The notes: generated by a model not told the origin, from the sequence alone. A stretch of DNA of 64,000 nt from the human T2T-CHM13v2.0 reference genome, Homo sapiens (GCF_009914755.1 NC_060925.1); one strand, 5' to 3'; shown: positions 39,620 through 54,713, numbered from the stretch's first letter. Program-made: numbers and translations.

Positions 39620-42600
39620 TGAGTTGAATGCACACAACACAAGGAAGTTACTGGGAATTCTTCTGTCTAGCCTTACATGAAAAAAACCCGTTTCCAACGA
39701 AGGCCTCTAAGTGGTCAAAATATCCACGTGCAGACTTTACAAACAGAGTGTTTCCAAACCGCTGAATGAAAAGAAAAGTTAAACTCTGAGAGTTGAACGC
39801 ACACATCACGCAGCAGTTTCTGAGAATGATTCTGTCTAGTTTTTATACGAAGATATTTCCTTTTCTGCCTTTGGCCCCAAAGCGCTTGAAATCTCCACTT
39901 GCAAATTCCACAAAAACAGTGTTTCAAATCTGCTCTCTCTAAATGAAAGTTCAACTCTGTCAGTTGAATACACACAACACAAGGAAGTTACTGAGAATTC
40001 TTCTGTCTAGCATAATATGAAGAAATCCCGTTTCCAACGAAGGCCTCAAAGGGGTCTGAATATCCACTTGCAGACTTTATAAACAGAGTGTTTACTAACT
40101 GCTCTATGAAAAGAAAGGTTAAACTCTGTGAGTTGAACACACACATCACAAAGGAGTTTCTGAGAATCATTCTGTCTAGTTTTTCTACGAAGATATTTCC
40201 TTTTCTACTATTGACCTCAAAGCGGCTGAAATCTCCACTTGCAAATTCCACAAAAAGAGTGTTTCAAGTCTGCTCTGTGTAAAGGATCGTTCAACTCTGT
40301 GAGTTGAGTACACACAACACAAGGAAGTTACTGAGAATTCTTCTGTCTAGCAGAATATGAAGAAATCCCGTTTCCAACGAAGGCCTCAAGGAGGTCTGAA
40401 TATCCACTTGCAGACTTTACAAACAGAGTGTTTCCTAACTGCTCTATGAACAGAAAGGTTAAACTCTGTGAGTTGAACGCACACATCACAAAGGAGTTTC
40501 TGAGAATCATTCTGTCTAGTCTTTATACGAAGATATTTACTTTTCTACCATTGACCTCAAAGCGGCTGAAATCTCCACTTGCAAATTCCACAAAAAGAGT
40601 GTTTCAAGTCTGCTCTGTGTAAAGGATCATTCAACTCTGTGAGTTGAATAAACACAACACAAGGAAGTTACTGAGAATTCTTCTGTCTAGCAGAATATGA
40701 AGAAATCCCGTTTCCAACGAAGGCCTCAAGGAGGTCTGAATATCCACTTGCAGACTTTTCAAACAGAGTGTTTCCTAACTGCTCTATGAAAAGAAAGGTT
40801 AAACTCTGTGAGTTGAACGCACACATCACAAAGGAGTTTATGAGAATCATTCTGTCTAGTTTCTATAAGAAGATATTTCCTATTCTACCATTGACCTCAA
40901 AGCGGCTGAAATCTCCACTTGCAAATTCGACAAAAAGAGTGTTTCAAGCCTGCTCTCTGTAAAGGATCCTTCAACTCTGTGAGTTGAATACACACAACAC
41001 AAGGAAGTTACTGAGAATTATTCTGTCTAGCATAATATGAAGAAATCCCGTTTCCAACGAAGGCCTCAAAGAGGTCTGAATATCCACTTGCAGACTTTAC
41101 AAACAGAGTGTTTCCTAACTGCTCTATGAGAAGAAAAGTTAAACTCTGTGAGTTGAACGCACACATCACAAAAGATTTTCTGAGAATCATTCTGTCTAGT
41201 CTTTATATGAAGATAGTTTCCTTTTCTACCATTGACCTCAAAGCGGCTGAAATCTCCAGTTGCAAATTCCACAAAAAGAGTGTTTCAAGTCTGCTCTGTG
41301 TAAAGGATCGTTCAACTCTGTGAGTTGAATACACACAACACAAGGAAGTTACTGAGAATTCTTCTGTCTAGCAGAATATGAAGAAATCCCGTTTCCAACG
41401 AAGGCCACAAGATGTCAGAATATCCACTTACAGACTTTACAAACAGAGTGTTTCCTAACTGCTCTATGAACAGAAAGGTTAAACTCTGTGAGTTGAACGA
41501 ACACATCACAACGCAGTTTGTGGGAATGATTCTGTCTAGTTTTGAAACGAAGATATTTCCTTTTCTGCCGTTGACCTTAAAGCGCTTGAAATCTACACTT
41601 GCAAATTGCACAAATAGAGTGTTTCAAATCTGCTCTGTCTAAGGGAACGTTCAACTCTGTGAGTTGAATGCACACAACACAAGGAAGTTACTGGGAATTC
41701 TTCTGTCTAGCCTTACATGAAAAAAACCCGTTTCCAACGAAGGCCTCTAAGTGGTCAAAATATCCACGTGCAGACTTTACAAACAGAGTGTTTCCAAACC
41801 GCTGAATGAAAAGAAAAGTTAAACTCTGAGAGTTGAACGCACACATCACGCAGCAGTTTCTGAGAATGATTCTGTCTAGTTTTTATACGAAGATATTTCC
41901 TTTTCTGCCTTTGGCCCCAAAGCGCTTGAAATCTCCACTGGCAAATTCCACAAAAACAGTGTTTCAAATCTGCTCTCTCTAAATGAAAGTTCAACTCTGT
42001 CAGTTGAATACACACAACACAAGGAAGTTACTGAGAATTCTTCTGTCTAGCATAATATGAAGAAATCCCGTTTCCAACGAAGGCCTCAAAGGGGTCTGAA
42101 TATCCACTTGCAGACTTTATAAACAGAGTGTTTACTAACTGCTCTATGAAAAGAATGGTTAAACTCTGTGAGTTGAACACACACATCACAAAGGAGTTTC
42201 TGAGAATCATTCTGTCTAGTTTTTCTACGAAGATATTTCCTTTTCTACTATTGACCTCAAAGCGGCTGAAATCTCCACTTGCAAATTCCACAAAAAGAGT
42301 GTTTCAAGTCTGCTCTGTGTAAAGGATCGTTCAACTCTGTGAGTTGAATACACACAACACAAGGAAGTTACTGAGAATTCTTCTGTCTAGCAGAATATGA
42401 AGAAATCCCGTTTCCAACGAAGGCCTCAAGGAGGTCTGAATATCCACTTGCAGACTTTACAAACAGAGTGTTTCCTAACTGCTCTATGAACAGAAAGGTT
42501 AAACTCTGTGAGTTGAACACACACATCACAAAGGAGTTTCTGAGAATCATTCTGTCTACTCTTTATACGAAGATATTTACTTTTCTACCATTGACCTCAA

Positions 42601-45600
42601 AGCGGCTGAAATCTCCACTTGCAATTTCCACAAAAAGAGTGTTTCAAGTCTGCTCTGTGTAAAGGATCATTCAACTCTGTGAGTTGAATAAACACAACAC
42701 AAGGAAGTTACTGAGAATTCTTCTGTCTAGCAGAATATGAAGAAATCCCGTTTCCAACGAAGGCCTCAAGGAGGTCTGAATATCCAATTGCAGACTTTAC
42801 AAACAGAGTGTTTCCTAACTGCTCTATGAAAAGAAAGGTTAAACTCTGTGAGTTGAACGCACACATCGCAAAGGAGTTCATGAAAATCATTCTGTCTAGT
42901 TTCTATAAGAAGATATTTCCTATTCTACCATTGACCTCAAAGCGGCTGAAATCTCCACTTGCAAATTCGACAAAGAGAGTATTTCAAGCCTGCTCTCTGT
43001 AAAGGATCCTTCAACTCTGTTATTTGAATACACACAACACAAGGAAGTTACTGAGAATTATTCTGTCTAGCATAATATGAAGAAATCCCGTTTCCAACGA
43101 AGGCCTCAAAGAGGTCTGAATATCCACTTGCAGACTTTACAAACAGAGTGTTTCCTAACTGCTCTATGAGAAGAAAAGTTAAACTCTGTGAGTTGAACGC
43201 ACACATCACAAAAGATTTTCTGAGAATCATTCTGTCTAGTCTTTATATGAAGATAGTTTCCTTTTCTACCATTGACCTCAAAGCGGCTGAAATCTCCACT
43301 TGCAAATTCCACAAAAAGAGTGTTTCAAGTCTGCTCTGTGTAAAGGATCGTTCAACTCTGTGAGTTGAATACACACAACACAAGGAAGTTACTGAGAATT
43401 CTTCTGTCTAGCAGAATAGGAAGAAATCCCGTTTCCAACGAAGGCCACAAGATGTCAGAATATCCACTTACAGACTTTACAAACAGAGTGTTTCCTAACT
43501 GCTCCATGAACAGAAAGGTTAAACTCTGTTAGTTGAACGAACACATCACAACGCAGTTTGTGGGAATGATTCTGTCTAGTTTTGAAACGAAGATATTTCC
43601 TTTTCTGCCGTTGACCTTAAAGCGCTTGAAATCTACACTTGCAAATTGCACAAATAGAGTGTTTCAAATCTGCTCTGTCTAAGGGAACGTTCAACTCTGT
43701 GAGTTGAATGCACACAACACAAGGAAGTTACTGGGAATTCTTCTGTCTAGCCTTACATGAAAAAAACCCGTTTCCAACGAAGGCCTCTAAGTGGTCAAAA
43801 TATCCACGTGCAGACTTTACAAACAGAGTGTTTCCAAACCGCTGAATGAAAAGAAAAGTTAAACTCTGAGAGTTGAACGCACACATCACGCAGCAGTTTC
43901 TGAGAATGATTCTGTCTAGTTTTTATACGAAGATATTTCCTTTTCTGCCTTTGGCCCCAAAGCGCTTGAAATCTCCACTTGCAAATTCCACAAAAACAGT
44001 GTTTCAAATCTGCTCTCTCTAAATGAAAGTTCAACTCTGTCAGTTGAATACACACAACACAAGGAAGTTACTGAGAATTCTTCTGTCTAGCATAATATGA
44101 AGAAATCCCGTTTCCAACGAAGGCCTCAAAGGGGTCTGAATATCCACTTGCAGACTTTATAAACAGAGTGTTTACTAACTGCTCTATGAAAAGAAAGGTT
44201 AAACTCTGTGAGTTGAACACACACATCACAAAGGAGTTTCTGAGAATCATTCTGTCTAGTTTTTCTACGAAGATATTTCCTTTTCTACTATTGACCTCAA
44301 AGCGGCTGAAATCTCCACTTGCAAATTCCACAAAAAGAGTGTTTCAAGTCTGCTCTGTGTAAAGGATCGTTCAACTCTGTGAGTTGAGTACACACAACAC
44401 AAGGAAGTTACTGAGAATTCTTCTGTCTAGCAGAATATGAAGAAATCCCGTTTCCAACGAAGGCCTCAAGGAGGTCTGAATATCCACTTGCAGACTTTAC
44501 AAACAGAGTGTTTCCTAACTGCTCTATGAACAGAAAGGTTAAACTCTGTGAGTTGAACGCACACATCACAAAGGAGTTTCTGAGAATCATTCTGTCTAGT
44601 CTTTATACGAAGATATTTACTTTTCTACCATTGACCTCAAAGCGGCTGAAATCTCCACTTGCAAATTCCACAAAAAGAGTGTTTCAAGTCTGCTCTGTGT
44701 AAAGGATCATTCAACTCTGTGAGTTGAATAAACACAACACAAGGAAGTTACTGAGAATTCTTCTGTCTAGCAGAATATGAAGAAATCCCGTTTCCAACGA
44801 AGGCCTCAAGGAGGTCTGAATATCCACTTGCAGACTTTTCAAACAGAGTGTTTCCTAACTGCTCTATGAAAAGAAAGGTTAAACTCTGTGAGTTGAACGC
44901 ACACATCACAAAGGAGTTTATGAGAATCATTCTGTCTAGTTTCTATAAGAAGATATTTCCTATTCTACCATTGACCTCAAAGCGGCTGAAATCTCCACTT
45001 GCAAATTCGACAAAAAGAGTGTTTCAAGCCTGCTCTCTGTAAAGGATCCTTCAACTCTGTGAGTTGAATACACACAACACAAGGAAGTTACTGAGAATTA
45101 TTCTGTCTAGCATAATATGAAGAAATCCCGTTTCCAACGAAGGCCTCAAAGAGGTCTGAATATCCACTTGCAGACTTTACAAACAGAGTGTTTCCTAACT
45201 GCTCTATGAGAAGAAAAGTTAAACTCTGTGAGTTGAACGCACACATCACAAAAGATTTTCTGAGAATCATTCTGTCTAGTCTTTATATGAAGATAGTTTC
45301 CTTTTCTACCATTGACCTCAAAGCGGCTGAAATCTCCAGTTGCAAATTCCACAAAAAGAGTGTTTCAAGTCTGCTCTGTGTAAAGGATCGTTCAACTCTG
45401 TGAGTTGAATACACACAACACAAGGAAGTTACTGAGAATTCTTCTGTCTAGCAGAATATGAAGAAATCCCGTTTCCAACGAAGGCCACAAGATGTCAGAA
45501 TATCCACTTACAGACTTTACAAACAGAGTGTTTCCTAACTGCTCTATGAACAGAAAGGTTAAACTCTGTGAGTTGAACGAACACATCACAACGCAGTTTG

Positions 45601-48600
45601 TGGGAATGATTCTGTCTAGTTTTGAAACGAAGATATTTCCTTTTCTGCCGTTGACCTTAAAGCGCTTGAAATCTACACTTGCAAATTGCACAAATAGAGT
45701 GTTTCAAATCTGCTCTGTCTAAGGGAACGTTCAACTCTGTGAGTTGAATGCACACAACACAAGGAAGTTACTGGGAATTCTTCTGTCTAGCCTTACATGA
45801 AAAAAACCCGTTTCCAACGAAGGCCTCTAAGTGGTCAAAATATCCACGTGCAGACTTTACAAACAGAGTGTTTCCAAACCGCTGAATGAAAAGAAAAGTT
45901 AAACTCTGAGAGTTGAACGCACACATCACGCAGCAGTTTCTGAGAATGATTCTGTCTAGTTTTTATACGAAGATATTTCCTTTTCTGCCTTTGGCCCCAA
46001 AGCGCTTGAAATCTCCACTGGCAAATTCCACAAAAACAGTGTTTCAAATCTGCTCTCTCTAAATGAAAGTTCAACTCTGTCAGTTGAATACACACAACAC
46101 AAGGAAGTTACTGAGAATTCTTCTGTCTAGCATAATATGAAGAAATCCCGTTTCCAACGAAGGCCTCAAAGGGGTCTGAATATCCACTTGCAGACTTTAT
46201 AAACAGAGTGTTTACTAACTGCTCTATGAAAAGAATGGTTAAACTCTGTGAGTTGAACACACACATCACAAAGGAGTTTCTGAGAATCATTCTGTCTAGT
46301 TTTTCTACGAAGATATTTCCTTTTCTACTATTGACCTCAAAGCGGCTGAAATCTCCACTTGCAAATTCCACAAAAAGAGTGTTTCAAGTCTGCTCTGTGT
46401 AAAGGATCGTTCAACTCTGTGAGTTGAATACACACAACACAAGGAAGTTACTGAGAATTCTTCTGTCTAGCAGAATATGAAGAAATCCCGTTTCCAACGA
46501 AGGCCTCAAGGAGGTCTGAATATCCACTTGCAGACTTTACAAACAGAGTGTTTCCTAACTGCTCTATGAACAGAAAGGTTAAACTCTGTGAGTTGAACAC
46601 ACACATCACAAAGGAGTTTCTGAGAATCATTCTGTCTAGTCTTTATACGAAGATATTTACTTTTCTACCATTGACCTCAAAGCGGCTGAAATCTCCACTT
46701 GCAATTTCCACAAAAAGAGTGTTTCAAGTCTGCTCTGTGTAAAGGATCATTCAACTCTGTGAGTTGAATAAACACAACACAAGGAAGTTACTGAGAATTC
46801 TTCTGTCTAGCAGAATATGAAGAAATCCCGTTTCCAACGAAGGCCTCAAGGAGGTCTGAATATCCAATTGCAGACTTTACAAACAGAGTGTTTCCTAACT
46901 GCTCTATGAAAAGAAAGGTTAAACTCTGTGAGTTGAACGCACACATCGCAAAGGAGTTCATGAAAATCATTCTGTCTAGTTTCTATAAGAAGATATTTCC
47001 TATTCTACCATTGACCTCAAAGCGGCTGAAATCTCCACTTGCAAATTCGACAAAGAGAGTATTTCAAGCCTGCTCTCTGTAAAGGATCCTTCAACTCTGT
47101 TATTTGAATACACACAACACAAGGAAGTTACTGAGAATTATTCTGTCTAGCATAATATGAAGAAATCCCGTTTCCAACGAAGGCCTCAAAGAGGTCTGAA
47201 TATCCACTTGCAGACTTTACAAACAGAGTGTTTCCTAACTGCTCTATGAGAAGAAAAGTTAAACTCTGTGAGTTGAACGCACACATCACAAAAGATTTTC
47301 TGAGAATCATTCTGTCTAGTCTTTATATGAAGATAGTTTCCTTTTCTACCATTGACCTCAAAGCGGCTGAAATCTCCACTTGCAAATTCCACAAAAAGAG
47401 TGTTTCAAGTCTGCTCTGTGTAAAGGATCGTTCAACTCTGTGAGTTGAATACACACAACACAAGGAAGTTACTGAGAATTCTTCTGTCTAGCAGAATAGG
47501 AAGAAATCCCGTTTCCAACGAAGGCCACAAGATGTCAGAATATCCACTTACAGACTTTACAAACAGAGTGTTTCCTAACTGCTCCATGAACAGAAAGGTT
47601 AAACTCTGTTAGTTAAACGAACACATCACAACGCAGTTTGTGGGAATGATTCTGTCTAGTTTTGAAACGAAGATATTTCCTTTTCTGCCGTTGACCTTAA
47701 AGCGCTTGAAATCTACACTTGCAAATTGCACAAATAGAGTGTTTCAAATCTGCTCTGTCTAAGGGAACGTTCAACTCTGTGAGTTGAATGCACACAACAC
47801 AAGGAAGTTACTGGGAATTCTTCTGTCTAGCCTTACATGAAAAAAACCCGTTTCCAACGAAGGCCTCTAAGTGGTCAAAATATCCACGTGCAGACTTTAC
47901 AAACAGAGTGTTTCCAAACCGCTGAATGAAAAGAAAAGTTAAACTCTGAGAGTTGAACGCACACATCACGCAGCAGTTTCTGAGAATGATTCTGTCTAGT
48001 TTTTATACGAAGATATTTCCTTTTCTGCCTTTGGCCCCAAAGCGCTTGAAATCTCCACTGGCAAATTCCACAAAAACAGTGTTTCAAATCTGCTCTCTCT
48101 AAATGAAAGTTCAACTCTGTCAGTTGAATACACACAACACAAGGAAGTTACTGAGAATTCTTCTGTCTAGCATAATATGAAGAAATCCCGTTTCCAACGA
48201 AGGCCTCAAAGGGGTCTGAATATCCACTTGCAGACTTTATAAACAGAGTGTTTACTAACTGCTCTATGAAAAGAATGGTTAAACTCTGTGAGTTGAACAC
48301 ACACATCACAAAGGAGTTTCTGAGAATCATTCTGTCTAGTTTTTCTACGAAGATATTTCCTTTTCTACTATTGACCTCAAAGCGGCTGAAATCTCCACTT
48401 GCAAATTCCACAAAAAGAGTGTTTCAAGTCTGCTCTGTGTAAAGGATCGTTCAACTCTGTGAGTTGAATACACACAACACAAGGAAGTTACTGAGAATTC
48501 TTCTGTCTAGCAGAATATGAAGAAATCCCGTTTCCAACGAAGGCCTCAAGGAGGTCTGAATATCCACTTGCAGACTTTACAAACAGAGTGTTTCCTAACT

Positions 48601-51600
48601 GCTCTATGAACAGAAAGGTTAAACTCTGTGAGTTGAACACACACATCACAAAGGAGTTTCTGAGAATCATTCTGTCTAGTCTTTATACGAAGATATTTAC
48701 TTTTCTACCATTGACCTCAAAGCGGCTGAAATCTCCACTTGCAATTTCCACAAAAAGAGTGTTTCAAGTCTGCTCTGTGTAAAGGATCATTCAACTCTGT
48801 GAGTTGAATAAACACAACACAAGGAAGTTACTGAGAATTCTTCTGTCTAGCAGAATATGAAGAAATCCCGTTTCCAACGAAGGCCACAAGATGTCAGAAT
48901 ATCCACTTACAGACTTTACAAACAGAGTGTTTCCTAACTGCTCTATGAACAGAAAGGTTAAACTCTGTGAGTTGAACGAACACATCACAACGCAGTTTGT
49001 GGGAATGATTCTGTCTAGTTTTGAAACGAAGATATTTCCTTTTCTGCCGTTGACCTTAAAGCGCTTGAAATCTACACTTGCAAATTGCACAAATAGAGTG
49101 TTTCAAATCTGCTCTGTCTAAGGGAACGTTCAACTCTGTGAGTTGAATGCACACAACACAAGGAAGTTACTGGGAATTCTTCTGTCTAGCCTTACATGAA
49201 AAAAACCCGTTTCCAACGAAGGCCTCAAAGAGGTCTGAGTATCCACTTGCAGACTTTACAAACAGAGTGTTTCCAAACCGCTGAATGAAAAGAAAAGTTA
49301 AACTCTGAGAGTTGAACGCACACATCACGCAGCAGTTTCTGAGAATGATTCTGTCTAGTTTTTATACGAAGATATTTCCTTTTCTGCCTTTGGCCCCAAA
49401 GCGCTTGAAATCTCCACTTGCAAATTCCACAAAAACAGTGTTTCAAACCTGCTCTCTCTAAATGAAAGTTCAACTCTGTCAGTTGAATACACACAACACA
49501 AGGAAGTTACTGAGAATTCTTCTGTCTAGCATAATATGAAGAAATCCCGTTTCCAACGAAGGCCTCAAAGGGGTCTGAATATCCACTTGCAGACTTTATA
49601 AACAGAGTGTTTACTAACTGCTCTATGAAAAGAAAGGTTAAACTCTGTGAGTTGAACACACACATCACAAAGGAGTTTCTGAGAATCATTCTGTCTAGTT
49701 TTTCTACGAAGATATTTCCTTTTCTACTATTGACCTCAAAGCGGCTGAAATCTCCACTTGCAAATTCCACAAAAAGAGTGTTTCAAGTCTGCTCTGTGTA
49801 AAGGATCGTTCAACTCTGTGAGTTGAGTACACACAACACAAGGAAGTTACTGAGAATTCTTCTGTCTAGCAGAATATGAAGAAATCCCGTTTCCAACGAA
49901 GGCCTCAAGGAGGTCTGAATATCCACTTGCAGACTTTACAAACAGAGTGTTTCCTAACTGCTCTATGAACAGAAAGGTTAAACTCTGTGAGTTGAACGCA
50001 CACATCACAAAGGAGTTTCTGAGAATCATTCTGTCTAGTCTTTATACGAAGATATTTACTTTTCTACCATTGACCTCAAAGCGGCTGAAATCTCCACTTG
50101 CAAATTCCACAAAAAGAGTGTTTCAAGTCTGCTCTGTGTAAAGGATCATTCAACTCTGTGAGTTGAATAAACACAACACAAGGAAGTTACTGAGAATTCT
50201 TCTGTCTAGCAGAATATGAAGAAATCCCGTTTCCAACGAAGGCCTCAAGGAGGTCTGAATATCCACTTGCAGACTTTTCAAACAGAGTGTTTCCTAACTG
50301 CTCTATGAAAAGAAAGGTTAAACTCTGTGAGTTGAACGCACACATCACAAAGGAGTTTATGAGAATCATTCTGTCTAGTTTCTATAAGAAGATATTTCCT
50401 ATTCTACCATTGACCTCAAAGCGGCTGAAATCTCCACTTGCAAATTCGACAAAAAGAGTGTTTCAAGCCTGCTCTCTGTAAAGGATCCTTCAACTCTGTG
50501 AGTTGAATACACACAACACAAGGAAGTTACTGAGAATTATTCTGTCTAGCATAATATGAAGAAATCCCGTTTCCAACGAAGGCCTCAAAGAGGTCTGAAT
50601 ATCCACTTGCAGACTTTACAAACAGAGTGTTTCCTAACTGCTCTATGAGAAGAAAAGTTAAACTCTGTGAGTTGAACGCACACATCACAAAAGATTTTCT
50701 GAGAATCATTCTGTCTAGTCTTTATATGAAGATAGTTTCCTTTTCTACCATTGACCTCAAAGCGGCTGAAATCTCCAGTTGCAAATTCCACAAAAAGAGT
50801 GTTTCAAGTCTGCTCTGTGTAAAGGATCGTTCAACTCTGTGAGTTGAATACACACAACACAAGGAAGTTACTGAGAATTCTTCTGTCTAGCAGAATATGA
50901 AGAAATCCCGTTTCCAACGAAGGCCACAAGATGTCAGAATATCCACTTACAGACTTTACAAACAGAGTGTTTCCTAACTGCTCTATGAACAGAAAGGTTA
51001 AACTCTGTGAGTTGAACGAACACATCACAACGCAGTTTGTGGGAATGATTCTGTCTAGTTTTGAAACGAAGATATTTCCTTTTCTGCCGTTGACCTTAAA
51101 GCGCTTGAAATCTACACTTGCAAATTGCACAAATAGAGTGTTTCAAATCTGCTCTGTCTAAGGGAACGTTCAACTCTGTGAGTTGAATGCACACAACACA
51201 AGGAAGTTACTGGGAATTCTTCTGTCTAGCCTTACATGAAAAAAACCCGTTTCCAACGAAGGCCTCTAAGTGGTCAAAATATCCACGTGCAGACTTTACA
51301 AACAGAGTGTTTCCAAACCGCTGAATGAAAAGAAAAGTTAAACTCTGAGAGTTGAACGCACACATCACGCAGCAGTTTCTGAGAATGATTCTGTCTAGTT
51401 TTTATACGAAGATATTTCCTTTTCTGCCTTTGGCCCCAAAGCGCTTGAAATCTCCACTGGCAAATTCCACAAAAACAGTGTTTCAAATCTGCTCTCTCTA
51501 AATGAAAGTTCAACTCTGTCAGTTGAATACACACAACACAAGGAAGTTACTGAGAATTCTTCTGTCTAGCATAATATGAAGAAATCCCGTTTCCAACGAA

Positions 51601-54600
51601 GGCCTCAAAGGGGTCTGAATATCCACTTGCAGACTTTATAAACAGAGTGTTTACTAACTGCTCTATGAAAAGAATGGTTAAACTCTGTGAGTTGAACACA
51701 CACATCACAAAGGAGTTTCTGAGAATCATTCTGTCTAGTTTTTCTACGAAGATATTTCCTTTTCTACTATTGACCTCAAAGCGGCTGAAATCTCCACTTG
51801 CAAATTCCACAAAAAGAGTGTTTCAAGTCTGCTCTGTGTAAAGGATCGTTCAACTCTGTGAGTTGAATACACACAACACAAGGAAGTTACTGAGAATTCT
51901 TCTGTCTAGCAGAATATGAAGAAATCCCGTTTCCAACGAAGGCCTCAAGGAGGTCTGAATATCCACTTGCAGACTTTACAAACAGAGTGTTTCCTAACTG
52001 CTCTATGAACAGAAAGGTTAAACTCTGTGAGTTGAACACACACATCACAAAGGAGTTTCTGAGAATCATTCTGTCTAGTCTTTATACGAAGATATTTACT
52101 TTTCTACCATTGACCTCAAAGCGGCTGAAATCTCCACTTGCAATTTCCACAAAAAGAGTGTTTCAAGTCTGCTCTGTGTAAAGGATCATTCAACTCTGTG
52201 AGTTGAATAAACACAACACAAGGAAGTTACTGAGAATTCTTCTGTCTAGCAGAATATGAAGAAATCCCGTTTCCAACGAAGGCCTCAAGGAGGTCTGAAT
52301 ATCCAATTGCAGACTTTACAAACAGAGTGTTTCCTAACTGCTCTATGAAAAGAAAGGTTAAACTCTGTGAGTTGAACGCACACATCGCAAAGGAGTTCAT
52401 GAAAATCATTCTGTCTAGTTTCTATAAGAAGATATTTCCTATTCTACCATTGACCTCAAAGCGGCTGAAATCTCCACTTGCAAATTCGACAAAGAGAGTA
52501 TTTCAAGCCTGCTCTCTGTAAAGGATCCTTCAACTCTGTTATTTGAATACACACAACACAAGGAAGTTACTGAGAATTATTCTGTCTAGCATAATATGAA
52601 GAAATCCCGTTTCCAACGAAGGCCTCAAAGAGGTCTGAATATCCACTTGCAGACTTTACAAACAGAGTGTTTCCTAACTGCTCTATGAGAAGAAAAGTTA
52701 AACTCTGTGAGTTGAACGCACACATCACAAAAGATTTTCTGAGAATCATTCTGTCTAGTCTTTATATGAAGATAGTTTCCTTTTCTACCATTGACCTCAA
52801 AGCGGCTGAAATCTCCACTTGCAAATTCCACAAAAAGAGTGTTTCAAGTCTGCTCTGTGTAAAGGATCGTTCAACTCTGTGAGTTGAATACACACAACAC
52901 AAGGAAGTTACTGAGAATTCTTCTGTCTAGCAGAATAGGAAGAAATCCCGTTTCCAACGAAGGCCACAAGATGTCAGAATATCCACTTACAGACTTTACA
53001 AACAGAGTGTTTCCTAACTGCTCCATGAACAGAAAGGTTAAACTCTGTTAGTTGAACGAACACATCACAACGCAGTTTGTGGGAATGATTCTGTCTAGTT
53101 TTGAAACGAAGATATTTCCTTTTCTGCCGTTGACCTTAAAGCGCTTGAAATCTACACTTGCAAATTGCACAAATAGAGTGTTTCAAATCTGCTCTGTCTA
53201 AGGGAACGTTCAACTCTGTGAGTTGAATGCACACAACACAAGGAAGTTACTGGGAATTCTTCTGTCTAGCCTTACATGAAAAAAACCCGTTTCCAACGAA
53301 GGCCTCTAAGTGGTCAAAATATCCACGTGCAGACTTTACAAACAGAGTGTTTCCAAACCGCTGAATGAAAAGAAAAGTTAAACTCTGAGAGTTGAACGCA
53401 CACATCACGCAGCAGTTTCTGAGAATGATTCTGTCTAGTTTTTATACGAAGATATTTCCTTTTCTGCCTTTGGCCCCAAAGCGCTTGAAATCTCCACTGG
53501 CAAATTCCACAAAAACAGTGTTTCAAATCTGCTCTCTCTAAATGAAAGTTCAACTCTGTCAGTTGAATACACACAACACAAGGAAGTTACTGAGAATTCT
53601 TCTGTCTAGCATAATATGAAGAAATCCCGTTTCCAACGAAGGCCTCAAAGGGGTCTGAATATCCACTTGCAGACTTTATAAACAGAGTGTTTACTAACTG
53701 CTCTATGAAAAGAATGGTTAAACTCTGTGAGTTGAACACACACATCACAAAGGAGTTTCTGAGAATCATTCTGTCTAGTTTTTCTACGAAGATATTTCCT
53801 TTTCTACTATTGACCTCAAAGCGGCTGAAATCTCCACTTGCAAATTCCACAAAAAGAGTGTTTCAAGTCTGCTCTGTGTAAAGGATCGTTCAACTCTGTG
53901 AGTTGAATACACACAACACAAGGAAGTTACTGAGAATTCTTCTGTCTAGCAGAATATGAAGAAATCCCGTTTCCAACGAAGGCCTCAAGGAGGTCTGAAT
54001 ATCCACTTGCAGACTTTACAAACAGAGTGTTTCCTAACTGCTCTATGAACAGAAAGGTTAAACTCTGTGAGTTGAACACACACATCACAAAGGAGTTTCT
54101 GAGAATCATTCTGTCTAGTCTTTATACGAAGATATTTACTTTTCTACCATTGACCTCAAAGCGGCTGAAATCTCCACTTGCAATTTCCACAAAAAGAGTG
54201 TTTCAAGTCTGCTCTGTGTAAAGGATCATTCAACTCTGTGAGTTGAATAAACACAACACAAGGAAGTTACTGAGAATTCTTCTGTCTAGCAGAATATGAA
54301 GAAATCCCGTTTCCAACGAAGGCCACAAGATGTCAGAATATCCACTTACAGACTTTACAAACAGAGTGTTTCCTAACTGCTCTATGAACAGAAAGGTTAA
54401 ACTCTGTGAGTTGAACGAACACATCACAACGCAGTTTGTGGGAATGATTCTGTCTAGTTTTGAAACGAAGATATTTCCTTTTCTGCCGTTGACCTTAAAG
54501 CGCTTGAAATCTACACTTGCAAATTGCACAAATAGAGTGTTTCAAATCTGCTCTGTCTAAGGGAACGTTCAACTCTGTGAGTTGAATGCACACAACACAA

Positions 54601-54713
54601 GGAAGTTACTGGGAATTCTTCTGTCTAGCCTTACATGAAAAAAACCCGTTTCCAACGAAGGCCTCAAAGAGGTCTGAGTATCCACTTGCAGACTTTACAA
54701 ACAGAGTGTTTCC
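39620..54713 (-). repeat. 12-mer (2040-bp) HOR domain with nested 4080-bp and 5439-bp super-repeats
   Basis: gagttgagta at 40301/44381/49820; tatccaattg at 42781/46861/52300; tatttgaata at 43021/47101/52540. Offsets are 4080, then 5439. Confidence 0.9.

Noticed and set aside
49226-49250. Short gene-conversion patch in a marker monomer
   Set aside because: More simply explained as the junction of the 5439-bp tandem duplication.
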